NCBI GenBank assembly: GCA_965209055.1 | Contig: OZ242374.1 | Location: 4,736,001-4,800,000, forward strand | From: Acidobacteriota bacterium | Lineage (GTDB): Bacteria; Acidobacteriota; UBA6911; RPQK01; JAJDTT01 | Length of the DNA: 64,000 bases | Direction: 5' to 3' | In this document: positions 42,613-52,892 of the stretch, piece after piece | Layout: each line of letters opens with the position of its first letter | How positions within the stretch are numbered: the stretch's first letter is position 1 | Notes under the pieces: generated by a model | What the model saw: the letters and a program-made list of their open reading frames with translations, nothing else | The model's database searches: none | Told to the model about the DNA's origin: nothing | Position numbers and translations under genes: made by a program

Positions 42613-43633
42613 GACCAGTTGCGACGAGACCGCGGCGGCGCTGGTCGAAGACGGACGGCGGATCCTCTCCAACGTGGTGGCCTCCCAAGTGGACGTCCAC
42701 TCAATCTACGGCGGCGTGGTTCCGGAGCTGGCCAGCCGGGAACACGCGTCCAACATCAATCATGTCGTCGATCTCTGCCTCGAACAGGCATGGAACGGCG
42801 AGTCGGCCTGGGACCGGGTGGATGGCATCGCGGTGACCCGGGGCCCGGGACTGGTGGGGGCGCTACTGGTGGGAATGGCCTACGCCAAGGCTCTGGCCTT
42901 CGCGCTGGAGATTCCCATGGTGGGAGTCAACCACCTGGAAGGGCACATTCGATCGGTCCCCTTGGAGCATCCGGAGGCGGAGTTGCCGGCCCTGGCCCTG
43001 GTGGTGTCGGGTGGGCACACGAGCCTTTTTTGCCTGGACGATGAAGGTTCCTGCCGGGAACTCTCCCGGACCCGCGACGATGCCGCCGGCGAAGCCCTGG
43101 ACAAGCTCTCCAAGGCGCTGGGCCTGGGATATCCCGGGGGTCCCGTCATCGATCGGCTGGCCCCGCTGGGCAACCCGAAAGCGGTGCGGTTCTCGCTTCC
43201 CAGGACCAAGGGCGCCGAGCTGGACTTCAGCTTCAGCGGAATCAAGACTGCGGCCCTTCGCCATTGCCGGTTGGAAGGGATCCAACCGGTCGAGCCGGAA
43301 TTTGCGAAATCTCCGAAAACGGTGCCGAAAGCGATGTTGGACCTGGTGGCCAGCTACCAGAAGTGCGTCGTGGACCAACTTCTGGACCGGCTCGAGAAAG
43401 CCTGGAAACGACACGACGTGCGTTCCATCCAGATCTCGGGCGGCGTCTCCGCCAACAGCGAACTCCGCCGGCGGGCGGCAGACCATTTCCGGGACCGCGC
43501 TCCCGTCTACTTTCCTTCCCTCCTTCTCTCCACCGACAACGCGGCCATGATCGCCGCCACCGGACACCGCCGCCTCGCCGCGGGAGAGAGGGACTCGTGG
43601 GACCTGACCGCCGAACCCAACCTGCCCCTCTGA
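42593..43633 (+). CDS. tsaD: tRNA N6-adenosine threonylcarbamoyltransferase
   Basis: [48 protein letters not shown]. Confidence 0.95.
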   Translation: MNVLGIETSCDETAAALVEDGRRILSNVVASQVDVHSIYGGVVPELASREHASNINHVVDLCLEQAWNGESAWDRVDGIAVTRGPGLVGALLVGMAYAKALAFALEIPMVGVNHLEGHIRSVPLEHPEAELPALALVVSGGHTSLFCLDDEGSCRELSRTRDDAAGEALDKLSKALGLGYPGGPVIDRLAPLGNPKAVRFSLPRTKGAELDFSFSGIKTAALRHCRLEGIQPVEPEFAKSPKTVPKAMLDLVASYQKCVVDQLLDRLEKAWKRHDVRSIQISGGVSANSELRRRAADHFRDRAPVYFPSLLLSTDNAAMIAATGHRRLAAGERDSWDLTAEPNLPL

Positions 43634-43773
43634 CCCCCGGTTCCCGGCCAGACGAGCTTTTTCATGTTTTTGCTCCCGTTGTCGTTTGATTGACTGATGC
43701 ATTCCTCCTCACGGGAAATCATCGGCCTCGCCTCCCCATCGGCGCGGACGCGGCCGCATGACCGGAAAAGGCT

Positions 43774-44043
43774 ATGAACCAGGACTACCGAAACTTCGTA
43801 GAGCAGCTGACCGAAACCCGGCGCCATTTCGACGTGGTGGGCGAATCCTTACGGGACGAGATCCAGCTCGTGGCCGAAGGAGAGATGAACCTGGAAAAGG
43901 GCCTCGGGGGAATTCGTCAGGAAATGACGGTGGAACTCTCCCAGGTCAAGGCCATGCTGCGGCTGTCCCACGCCGATCTGAAGCACCGGATCGCCTGCCT
44001 GGAACGGACCGTGGAGGCTTTGATGCGGGATTCGAACGCCTGA
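43774..44043 (+). CDS. Small coiled-coil hypothetical protein
   Basis: ETRRHFDVVGESLRDEIQLVAEG; heptad pattern; AAAAGG RBS. Confidence 0.65.
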   Translation: MNQDYRNFVEQLTETRRHFDVVGESLRDEIQLVAEGEMNLEKGLGGIRQEMTVELSQVKAMLRLSHADLKHRIACLERTVEALMRDSNA

Positions 44044-44116
44044 CGGGCGCGAAGCGGCGTTCCTCTGGAAGTCCGGCGCGCCTGATCTTGCCGACCGGCG
44101 GTGGGCGGGACCAGTT

Positions 44117-45655
44117 CTATTCGGTTCCGATAGCGGCCAGGATGCCCTCCAGCGCCCGGTTTACCGCGGACTTGCTGTGGGCCTCCAGGGAGTCGTCATA
44201 GTCGGTGAGACGGGCCAGCACCAGATCGCGGGACGGAATCACCACAGTGCTCTGTCCGCCGGCCCCGGCCGCGTAGTAGGCATCCTCGGGCGCAGCCCAG
44301 TTTCCCTTGGTGTTGACCCACCACATGCCGCCGTACCGGGCCACGCCCTCGCCCCGGTTCTCCTCGTTCTTCCATGCCGGGGCCGGGGTTCGCACGAAGT
44401 CGACGAACTCCTCGGAGAGGAGCCGCTCACCCTGCCACATGCCGCGCTGCAGGTAGAGAAGGCCGATCCGGGCCCAATCCCGCGGCGTTCCGTGCTCGTA
44501 GCCGGACAGCACGAAATTGCCGTGGGGGTCGGTATCCAGGACCATGCGCCGGATCCCGATCTTGTCGAAGAGCTCCCGCTGGGGGTAGGTCAGGTACTCC
44601 TGGCCCTGTTCCTGGACGATCCGCTTGACGATGTAGCCCAGGGTCAGGGGATCGCAGTTGCGGTAGCGGCCCACCGTGTTGGGCGGAAACTGGAGGGGGC
44701 GGCTCGTCACGTAGCGAAAAACGTCGATGGCGCCCACATAAGGGTAGTAGTGATCCGGGTATTGGGGACCCACCTCCGAGCGGCCTTCCGGACTCTTCAC
44801 CAACCTCTCATAGAGCGTGAACTCGAGTCCGCTGGACATCCGCATCAGGTCGGCAATGGTGATCTTGGACCGTTCGTCTCCGGGACCCTGCCACTCGGGG
44901 ACGGGAGCCGGGTCCTCCAGTTTCAACAGGCCCTCCTGCTCAAGGCGCCCGATGAGCGTCCCGGTCAGGCTTTTGCCCTGCGACCAGCTCTCCATCAGCG
45001 TGTCCCGGGCGATGCCTTCGGCGTAGCGTTCGGCCACGAGCCGGCCCTTGTAGACCACCACCAGCCCGGCGGTTCGGGACGGCGGCTCGAAGGCCACCTC
45101 CACCGCCGCCTTCAGCTTCTCCTCGTCCACTTCGGGGGGCAGCGGTTCGTCCGGCAGGAGGTCGCCCATGGGCCAGGGCAGGGTTTGGGCATCGGGAAGA
45201 GAGGTTCGAACGGGAACCGGGTCGAAATAGATGCCGTCGTGGTCCTCGGGATGGATGATGCAACCCTGATCGCCGTAGAGCTTGGCCGTCCGCGTGAGGG
45301 TACCGCGCAACGTGGCCCGAACCAGGCGGTTCTCGTGGTCGATGGACTCGGTGACCTGGGCCATGTCCTCGGCCGGGAGGCGCACCAGCGCCCGCGTGAC
45401 TCTCCGGCTGTGTTCGATGGCCACGCCGTCTTCCATTTCCGAGACGAAGACCGACGAGCAGAGCAGCTTGGCGTAACCCGCCACGCCCAAGCTGCCGATA
45501 TCCTGGTCCTTGGCTTCCGGAATAGGTTTGGCCCCGGGGTCCCCGCCGGCGCCGGTGCAGGAGGCGCCAATAATCAGACCGACTGCCAGCACCAAAACGA
45601 CCGGATTCAGAGAGACCAGGGAACGACACGCAGAATAGGGATACTGCTCAGGCAT
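44117..45655 (-). CDS. Serine hydrolase (class C beta-lactamase-like) lipoprotein
   Basis: IIGASC lipobox, SWSQGKS, paralog of 22183-23574; start uncertain. Confidence 0.85.
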   Translation of the reverse strand: MPEQYPYSACRSLVSLNPVVLVLAVGLIIGASCTGAGGDPGAKPIPEAKDQDIGSLGVAGYAKLLCSSVFVSEMEDGVAIEHSRRVTRALVRLPAEDMAQVTESIDHENRLVRATLRGTLTRTAKLYGDQGCIIHPEDHDGIYFDPVPVRTSLPDAQTLPWPMGDLLPDEPLPPEVDEEKLKAAVEVAFEPPSRTAGLVVVYKGRLVAERYAEGIARDTLMESWSQGKSLTGTLIGRLEQEGLLKLEDPAPVPEWQGPGDERSKITIADLMRMSSGLEFTLYERLVKSPEGRSEVGPQYPDHYYPYVGAIDVFRYVTSRPLQFPPNTVGRYRNCDPLTLGYIVKRIVQEQGQEYLTYPQRELFDKIGIRRMVLDTDPHGNFVLSGYEHGTPRDWARIGLLYLQRGMWQGERLLSEEFVDFVRTPAPAWKNEENRGEGVARYGGMWWVNTKGNWAAPEDAYYAAGAGGQSTVVIPSRDLVLARLTDYDDSLEAHSKSAVNRALEGILAAIGTE

Positions 45656-45706
45656 GCGGCGAAGTCTACTACGGTCCTGCGGCAGAAGTCCCACTCAGGT
45701 GACGAG

Positions 45707-46723
45707 TCACCGGCTATCGGAGGATCGCAGCTCCCGGGCGGAGGGACGAAACGAGAACCAGCGGGCCATGGAATCCGCCGGCGCCCGGCGGGAAGCCCGG
45801 ATCCACTCCTGTTTCCGGCGGAACCGGTTCCTGAGCCTCCACACCTGCCGGTAGGCGCCCAGCGAAGACCGTTCCCGCAGCAGGACGTACCCACCGATCC
45901 CCAGATCCCGAATCCACATGTAGGGGAAACACCTGCGCCGCACCGCCGGGTCCAGGTTCTTGATCCGCATCAGGTACCGGTTCTTGAGCGAGTGGTAGTT
46001 GATGTGTGAGGCGAGACGGGCGCGGCGGGAGGGGAGCACCCGCCGCAGGTGCAGGCCTTGGGCAGCCGGTTCGTAGAGAGCCCGCCATCCCCGGAGTTGA
46101 GCCCGCCAGGCCAGGTCCGCGTCCTCCCGGTAGGCGAAGAAGTCCTCATCCAGGTATTCGTCCCCGTAGCGGATGTCCTCCAGCATTTCGCGGGTGCACA
46201 GGAGGGCGGCGCCGCTGATTCCGAACACGAGTTGGCGGCGGTCGTACTGGCCCCGGTCCGGTTGCTGGCTGCCCCGGTCGAAGTGCCGCTGAGTCGGAGT
46301 GAAATAGATGCCGGTGGTGTCCAGCACCGGGTATCCCCCCTCATGAACGGTCCGGCCTTCCGCGTCCATGCGAAAGAACTTCCCCCCCGCCATCCCCACC
46401 CGCTTCACGCCGGCCATGGATGCCATCAGCGTCTTCAGGTACCCCTTGGAGAGAATGACGTCGGGATTCAGGATCAGGACGTGATCGAACCCGCCCTGGC
46501 GAAGGTGGAAATTGTGACCGAAGCTGAATCCCCGGTTCCTGTTGGAGCGGTGCAGACGTGCGCCATGGCTCAGAGCCACACGGCAGCTCTCGTCTCGGGA
46601 GGCGTTGTCGTAGACGCGGATCCGCACGGGCACGTCCTGCTCCCGCACGGAGCGCAGGCAGGAGTCCAGGTGCGCCTCGCTGTCGTAGGTGACGATGCTG
46701 ACCAGTACGGGAAAACTCGTCAT
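45707..46723 (-). CDS. Glycosyltransferase family 2
   Basis: YDNASRD, NRGFS, LNPD, FFAYREDADL. Confidence 0.9.
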   Translation of the reverse strand: MTSFPVLVSIVTYDSEAHLDSCLRSVREQDVPVRIRVYDNASRDESCRVALSHGARLHRSNRNRGFSFGHNFHLRQGGFDHVLILNPDVILSKGYLKTLMASMAGVKRVGMAGGKFFRMDAEGRTVHEGGYPVLDTTGIYFTPTQRHFDRGSQQPDRGQYDRRQLVFGISGAALLCTREMLEDIRYGDEYLDEDFFAYREDADLAWRAQLRGWRALYEPAAQGLHLRRVLPSRRARLASHINYHSLKNRYLMRIKNLDPAVRRRCFPYMWIRDLGIGGYVLLRERSSLGAYRQVWRLRNRFRRKQEWIRASRRAPADSMARWFSFRPSARELRSSDSR

Positions 46724-46814
46724 TACATCCGGACAATTGTGCAAGACCCTTTACGAATGCCCCAACCCACCGCCAAGGATGCGTTGCACGCTCCTCTCCA
46801 AACCCCGTTCCCTC

Positions 46815-47750
46815 CTATAGACATATCCGCGGTTCGTAGTCCAGATCTGCAAACCGGGACGAGATACGCCGAGCATCGGCAAACACGGGCGAAGATGGAG
46901 ACCACTCGATCCGTTGAGTGAGATTTTTCAAATCAGGTGCGGAAAAAACATAACGTTCATCATATTGCCGAAACAGCGCACCAAAGAATTGCTCGAGGCG
47001 TAGCGGGCTGTCTCTGCGCGGAAATTCCTCCAGCAAATCCCCGGGCTGTCTCCGGTTGGACTCGACCAGACCTAGAGCCACGGCTTCGTAGCGACTCACG
47101 TCGTTGCGAATACCGCGCCGTTCCGTCAGTTCCCTAAGCGCCCCATGAAATCGAACAATCGACGCGACAGGTTGGCCGTCAGAACCGATAGCAATATCGT
47201 TGGGCTTGAGAACGCGTCCCGGCGTCGGTCCCGAGTCCACCAATCCGACTGATTCACCATCTCTTCGGTTGGCACGCATGACGAACATGTAGCCGAAAAC
47301 CATGGCCGGATAGGTGATGTGCAGATTCGTGCAATCACCGACGGCCTCCTCCATACGATTTGTAAGGTTTCGATAGGCACCAATCGCTCCTTTGCACGAA
47401 ACGGCCATCACCGGACCAATTCCGTTCTTGGTGACAACGACATCCACATTCTTGGTCTTGAGCCCACCCAGTATCGTGCGCTCACCGCCTTTCCCTGCGT
47501 CACGGTTATGGCTTAACTCGAACGCTCCTTTCGTTTTGCGAGTTTCGAACGGGGGTCGTGGTGTAATCTCATCTGGATTGAAGCCACCCTCCAGCACAAG
47601 GCGGCAGGCGACATACCAGTGCAATGGCTTGATATGCTGCTGTGACTGGGTCTTTCCGCTAAAGGTCGCGAAATGCCTTAGGGCATCCTGACGCGAAATC
47701 CACTTACAGGTGTTGCCGAACAATGCACCGGCCCGCCGGTTATCTGCCAC
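46815..47750 (-). CDS. Putative type II restriction endonuclease (PD-(D/E)XK-like)
   Basis: KNVDVVV...VSCKG...NLTNRMEEAVG; GTG start overlaps the methyltransferase stop. Confidence 0.65.
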   Translation of the reverse strand: MADNRRAGALFGNTCKWISRQDALRHFATFSGKTQSQQHIKPLHWYVACRLVLEGGFNPDEITPRPPFETRKTKGAFELSHNRDAGKGGERTILGGLKTKNVDVVVTKNGIGPVMAVSCKGAIGAYRNLTNRMEEAVGDCTNLHITYPAMVFGYMFVMRANRRDGESVGLVDSGPTPGRVLKPNDIAIGSDGQPVASIVRFHGALRELTERRGIRNDVSRYEAVALGLVESNRRQPGDLLEEFPRRDSPLRLEQFFGALFRQYDERYVFSAPDLKNLTQRIEWSPSSPVFADARRISSRFADLDYEPRICL

Positions 47751-49269
47751 GACTGTAGTGTCTCCAGGAGCGCATCGTTGCGAGAGCATCGTCCACGGTC
47801 GGTTCATCCAGGCGCGCCAAGCGAGACGGATCAGGCAGGATAACCTGGGCTGCTTCTCTGGGTTCCAGTTTCAGCATTCCGCCTCCGAGCGGGTGTCCTT
47901 CCAGTTCACAACTCAGTTGGACGAACAAACTATTCCAACGCATCTCCAACTGATGACCTGCAACAATGGACTTCAACTGAATGCCGTGGACCGAATTTGT
48001 GCAGGTGCAACGCGCATCATTGCGAACCATACTCGGTTGGACTCCCGACATGTAGCTGAGAAAAAAATCAGGAATACGCACGCTTGGCACAACGTACCAG
48101 GGATCTCGGGTCCGACATTTGTATGATTGGCGCGCGGCTTTACCGGCGGAACTATCCAGGTAACGCCGGATCGCATCCGGCAACTTCATGTCTCTCGACA
48201 AATGGAGCAACCACATGGGTGCGTCTGCACGCCGCCATTGCTCGACCATCGCCGCATCCACTCGGCGCGACCTCAACGCACGGCCGTTGCGAACAGTTGG
48301 ACGAAGTAGGGAATCCGGTATGCCTGATCTCTCAGCTTCGGAGGGACGGAGGTGGAAGAAGTCATTGGCACCGGTGACATAGCCGATTCCAATTCGTCCC
48401 AAGTCACCCAACCTCGTCGAATCTCGATCTGCTGCAACTTCACGGTACAGATCTCGCGCTGCTTGAGACATGATGAATGGCCGCAACCGGCACCCCCAAC
48501 TCGTGCGCCAATCCCTGACGGACACGGCCTCATATTCGCGTGGTGGGGTTTGCATCAGCCTGAATTCGTCAAGCGTTGTGAAGCGAATATCGGCACTTTG
48601 TCCACCGCAGCCATCAGCGTAAAGAAGCCAGCAATCTTCAGACAGAGTCGGGAAGAGCTTTGACCGCATCGCGACGATATGAACCACGGAAAATCGCTCG
48701 ACGAGATACTTGATCACGGGAGCGCCATAGGGCGCGTGACCAATCTCAGCGGGAACTACGAAAGCCATCCGCCCTCCACGCGCCACAAGTGAAGCCGAGG
48801 TGACAATAAAAGGGGCCCAGGACGAGGTTAGGCCGGTGAAACTGGCACCGAGGTCCCGGCACAAGCTCAGTGCGCGCGAGCGAGTGTTTCCCTTGAAATT
48901 CTGATAGCGGATGAATGGCGGGTTGCCTGCCACGCAATCGAAACGGTCTGATGTTTCGGCCGCCCAAGCGAAGAAATCGGCATCATGGATAACAGCGGAG
49001 GGGGCCCGGCATGTTGCGGCTTCGACCGATGCCGAATCCCACTCTATCCCCACACTATTGGGATGCCTGGCGATAAATCGACCATCGCCACAAGACGGAT
49101 CCAGCAATCGATCGTCTTCGCGTCGGATTACCCAGTTTAGCAGTGTCTGAACGACCGACTCGGGCGTATAGTAAGCGCCATTCTGCTTCTGAGTTGTTGG
49201 CATCTTGGTCTGAAATTTGTCGTCGCCGGCGAAGAGTGGCCGACGATAGGTTCTGCCCGTTCGTTTCAT
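47740..49269 (-). CDS. N6-adenine DNA methyltransferase (gamma class)
   Basis: GAYYTP, LDPSCGDG (motif I), GNPPFIRY (motif IV), GGGMLKLEP; GGAGG before ATG 49269. Confidence 0.9.
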   Translation of the reverse strand: MKRTGRTYRRPLFAGDDKFQTKMPTTQKQNGAYYTPESVVQTLLNWVIRREDDRLLDPSCGDGRFIARHPNSVGIEWDSASVEAATCRAPSAVIHDADFFAWAAETSDRFDCVAGNPPFIRYQNFKGNTRSRALSLCRDLGASFTGLTSSWAPFIVTSASLVARGGRMAFVVPAEIGHAPYGAPVIKYLVERFSVVHIVAMRSKLFPTLSEDCWLLYADGCGGQSADIRFTTLDEFRLMQTPPREYEAVSVRDWRTSWGCRLRPFIMSQAARDLYREVAADRDSTRLGDLGRIGIGYVTGANDFFHLRPSEAERSGIPDSLLRPTVRNGRALRSRRVDAAMVEQWRRADAPMWLLHLSRDMKLPDAIRRYLDSSAGKAARQSYKCRTRDPWYVVPSVRIPDFFLSYMSGVQPSMVRNDARCTCTNSVHGIQLKSIVAGHQLEMRWNSLFVQLSCELEGHPLGGGMLKLEPREAAQVILPDPSRLARLDEPTVDDALATMRSWRHYSRGR

Positions 49270-49713
49270 AACAACCTCCCGGTAAACGACTCGGGCCGGA
49301 CTGATCCTCCCCTTTGTGCCCGCTTGGCCGGAAGCTCTAAAGGTAGCTCCCCGAAATTGCCCTGTTTCAGGGTGGGGATTGTCACCACAGGATTCGACCA
49401 AGCCTTTTTGCCGGCTGACGGTCTGGTTTCTCGTTTACATTCTCACGGCATCTCCATAGTTAACCCCAGTCTCAGACGCCCACGGAATTCTCCTTGGTGC
49501 GTTAGAAATTCATCGGGACCAGATAGGCCCCCAATCAGGAGACGCTCCCGGACGCATTTCCAAAACGCTTGGACGAATCATGATCTCATACGAGGCTGAT
49601 ACGCTAGGCACGCCTTTGCGGTTTCCGCCGATCATTCGATTGCTGCCGATTTTGGGCATACACCGGGCTGATGGGATCCCAGATTCGGAAGCTTTTCGCC
49701 CCGGAATGAACCC

Positions 49714-50592
49714 CTACCGCCACCGGCCGATCACGCTGCGCCGTGCCAGAGCACCCAGGCGAATCAGGGGCCCCACGAGCGGATAGGCCGACTTGTGGTG
49801 CTTGGCCAGGTACCGGAGCATGTTGCGGTAGTAGATTTCCACGAAAGCAGCGTATCCCAGCCGGTCCAGCGAAGACCCGCCCAGATGGGTCCCGACCTGC
49901 AGACCCGGAAAATGGAGGATCTCCCAGCCTGCGGCCAGAATCCGGCGGCAGAAATCCACATCCTCGAACCAGGCCGGATGGAACCGTCGGTCGAAACCGC
50001 CGATGGCCTCCCACGCCCGGCGCCTCAGCATCCAGAAAGCGGCCGCGGGCTGTTCCACTTCCAAGGCTCGCGAGGAGGATTCATCGACCGCCACTTCGTC
50101 CGCTTCAGGATCTCTCCTGCGGTCCAAGCCGGCCGCCGCCAGCAGCTCGTCCAGGAAGACGGCGTCCCGAAGCAGGGTCCACGGTCCCGGAAGAGGGCGA
50201 ATCTGGGGAGTTCTGCCGGAGGCGGAGAGAAGAGTCCCGGTGGCGATCCCGCAACGCGGCCTCTCGTCGGCCTCGTGACAGAGGGTTTCCACCGTTCCGG
50301 CACGAAGGGTGATGTCCGGATTCAGAAGCAGGACCCAGGGGGTGGCGACCCGGGCGATTCCCCGGTTGGCCGCGCCGGCGAAGCCCAGATTTGCTCCGGC
50401 TTCCACCAGTTCGACCCCCTCCCTTCCCAGCGCCGGCCGTGCGCTTCCGTCCTGCGACCCGTTGTCGACGACCACGACCCGGGCCCATTTCTTCCCCAGC
50501 GGTTCCATCGACTCCAGCAGCCGGGCCAGGCAGGAACCGCTGTTCCAATTGACGATGACGGCGCTCAGGCCCGATGCGGCGTCCATGGGCAC
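49714..50592 (-). CDS. Glycosyltransferase family 2
   Basis: VIVNWN, VDNGSQD, NLGFA, LLNPD, WFEDVD. Confidence 0.9.
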   Translation of the reverse strand: MPMDAASGLSAVIVNWNSGSCLARLLESMEPLGKKWARVVVVDNGSQDGSARPALGREGVELVEAGANLGFAGAANRGIARVATPWVLLLNPDITLRAGTVETLCHEADERPRCGIATGTLLSASGRTPQIRPLPGPWTLLRDAVFLDELLAAAGLDRRRDPEADEVAVDESSSRALEVEQPAAAFWMLRRRAWEAIGGFDRRFHPAWFEDVDFCRRILAAGWEILHFPGLQVGTHLGGSSLDRLGYAAFVEIYYRNMLRYLAKHHKSAYPLVGPLIRLGALARRSVIGRWR

Positions 50593-50595
50593 TCA

Positions 50596-51897
50596 TCAGC
50601 CCTGCGGGCTGTCACCATCCCGGAAGCGGCGGAAACGGGGCGTGACCTCCCACCGCATCATCCCGTAGACCAGGCCGGGACTGGTCAGATCCAGAATGTA
50701 TGCGTTGTCGATCCAATCCTCGACGGTGTGTTCCCAGATGTTCCCCCGGGCGACGGCAATGGAAATGGAATAGCTGCCCGGCCGCAACTCGGGGATCCGG
50801 AACCGGAAGCTCACCGTCAGCACGTCTCCCGTTTGCGCCGGCGGCAGGTCCAATCCGGCGTAGGAAGTGTTGGACGAGGTGATCTCGACCCCCATGCGGT
50901 CCCGGACCGTGAAGCCGACGATGGGATTCTCCAGATCCTTCAGCATCCGGGCCGAGATCAGCAGATGGACCTCCTCTCCGATCTGCGCCTGATTCAGGAC
51001 CCGTCCGTCGGAAGAGTGGAGCAACACGCCCATGATGCGGGCGCCTCCGTCACCGTAGCGGTTGTGGACGTGAGGCACGGTGCGGACGATCCGGAGGCGG
51101 TCGTCTCTTCCGGCCCCGCTCCATTGGAGCCTCTCTCCCTCCCGTCCCGCTTGCCTTGCCGCGACCAGGGCCTGATAGCGCTGGACCACCCGTTCCGGCG
51201 AGCCGTCCTCCAACATTCTTCCCCGCTCCAACAGGATCGCCCGGTCGCAGAACTGGGTGACCGCCTGCAGATCGTGGCTGACGAAGAGAATGGTCTTGCC
51301 CAGACGGCGCAGATGACGAATCCGCTGGATACAGCGGTGCTGAAAAATGAGGTCGCCCACCGCCAGGGCCTCATCCACCAGCAGGATGTCCGGGTCCACG
51401 TGGACGGCCACGGAGAAGGCCAGCCGCATGAACATTCCGGTGGAATAGACCTTGACCGGCTGGTCCACGAATTCGCCGATCCGGGCGAAGTCCAGAATGT
51501 CGTCCTGGCGTTCCTCCATCTGCCGCTTGGTGAACCCCATGACGGCTCCGGCCATGAGCATGTTTTCCCGTCCCGTGAACTCGGGATTGAACCCGGAACC
51601 GAGCTCCAGCAGGGCCGAGACGGTCCCGCGGACCCACAGATCGCCCGTGGTCTGCCGATGGATACCGGCCACCAGTTGCAGCAGGGTGCTCTTGCCCGAT
51701 CCGTTCCGCCCCACGATGCCCAGCGTGGTCCCGGGCGCCACTTCCAGGTCGATCTCCCTCAAGGCCCAGAATTCCCGGTGCAGGCGCTTCCTTTTCCCCA
51801 GGAACAGCTCCAGGAACTTGTGGCTGGGACGCCGGTAGATCCGGTATTTCTTGGAGACCTGCCTCAGGCTCACCACCGGCGGCGGCTCAGAGGGCAT
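50596..51897 (-). CDS. wzt: Polysaccharide ABC exporter ATPase with C-terminal carbohydrate-binding domain
   Basis: FWALRE, GRNGSGKST, YSTGM, VDEALAVGD, Wzt C-terminal extension. Confidence 0.9.
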   Translation of the reverse strand: MPSEPPPVVSLRQVSKKYRIYRRPSHKFLELFLGKRKRLHREFWALREIDLEVAPGTTLGIVGRNGSGKSTLLQLVAGIHRQTTGDLWVRGTVSALLELGSGFNPEFTGRENMLMAGAVMGFTKRQMEERQDDILDFARIGEFVDQPVKVYSTGMFMRLAFSVAVHVDPDILLVDEALAVGDLIFQHRCIQRIRHLRRLGKTILFVSHDLQAVTQFCDRAILLERGRMLEDGSPERVVQRYQALVAARQAGREGERLQWSGAGRDDRLRIVRTVPHVHNRYGDGGARIMGVLLHSSDGRVLNQAQIGEEVHLLISARMLKDLENPIVGFTVRDRMGVEITSSNTSYAGLDLPPAQTGDVLTVSFRFRIPELRPGSYSISIAVARGNIWEHTVEDWIDNAYILDLTSPGLVYGMMRWEVTPRFRRFRDGDSPQG

Positions 51898-52783
51898 CGG
51901 CGAACTCCCGCTTCATCCCCCTGAAGGCGAGGCCGCCCAGGAAGAATATCGCCAGCGAAAAGCCGGCCATGGCCAGCCACGACTCGGGCGCCGGGATCCG
52001 GCCCTCCAGCAGCAGCAGGCGGTACCCCTCCACGACGTGGGTCAACGGATTGAGCCGCAGCCAGAACTGGAACCGGGGCGGCACCGCCTCCACCTGGTAG
52101 AAGATGGGAGTGAACCAGAACCAGAAGACCAGGAACACCGTTAGGACCTGCGCCGTGTCCCTCAGGAAGACCTGCAGGGCGGCCAGCAGCCAGCCCAGGC
52201 CCAGAGCCAGCAGCATCAGCCAGAAGAGCCATGCCGGCAACAACCAGACGGTCCAGGTCAACAGGCCGAGGTAGAGGAGCACTGACAGCAGCACCGCCAC
52301 GCCGAACAGATGGGTCACCAGGTTGGAGGCGGCCAGAGTCAGGGGCAGGACCTCCGACGGAAAGAGAGTCTTCTGAATGAGGTTCCTCTGTTCCACGACC
52401 GAGGTGCAGGAGCGCTGCAGCGTGTCCTGGAAGTAGAGCCAGGGCAGGAGCCCGCAGAAAAGGAAAACGGCGAAGCTGTCGGTCCTCCCCAGCTCGGGAC
52501 GAACCTGGAAGATGACCTGGAAAACAAAGGTGTAGGCCACTAACAGCACCAGCGGATGAAGCAACGACCAGCAGAGCCCCATGACCGAGCCCACGTAACG
52601 GCTCCTCAGGTCGCGCCTCACGAAGGTCCAGATCAGGTGCCGGCGCACCACGAGTTGGGTGAGGAAGCTGGACAGGATCTGGAACGGCACCGTGACCTTC
52701 ACGCGGGAACTCACCTCACCGGGACTGGCGTGTCCGGGTTTCCTTTCGGACCGTATGTTAGCAGTCCGTGGCGATAGTCCCAC
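51887..52783 (-). CDS. wzm: Polysaccharide ABC exporter permease
   Basis: RDLRSRYVGS, FTPIFY, LNPLT, EFADAL; true start likely downstream of 52783. Confidence 0.9.
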   Translation of the reverse strand: MGLSPRTANIRSERKPGHASPGEVSSRVKVTVPFQILSSFLTQLVVRRHLIWTFVRRDLRSRYVGSVMGLCWSLLHPLVLLVAYTFVFQVIFQVRPELGRTDSFAVFLFCGLLPWLYFQDTLQRSCTSVVEQRNLIQKTLFPSEVLPLTLAASNLVTHLFGVAVLLSVLLYLGLLTWTVWLLPAWLFWLMLLALGLGWLLAALQVFLRDTAQVLTVFLVFWFWFTPIFYQVEAVPPRFQFWLRLNPLTHVVEGYRLLLLEGRIPAPESWLAMAGFSLAIFFLGGLAFRGMKREFADAL

Positions 52784-52892
52784 GACTCTCCGGGATCGGC
52801 GGCGCTCGAAAGCGGGAGGCCTTTGGTATCATCGGCGGCGATTGCGGGCCGGACGGTCCGATCCGGAATCATTGCGCAGCGGAGGCAGAATC

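Noticed and set aside
49339-49352. AAAGGTAGCTCCCC as a fifth island-type repeat at the R-M block
   Set aside because: Only partial similarity with gaps; could be chance
49441-49455. 15-bp identity with 993-1007 (TCTCACGGCATCTCC)
   Set aside because: Isolated short match with no shared flanks or structural context
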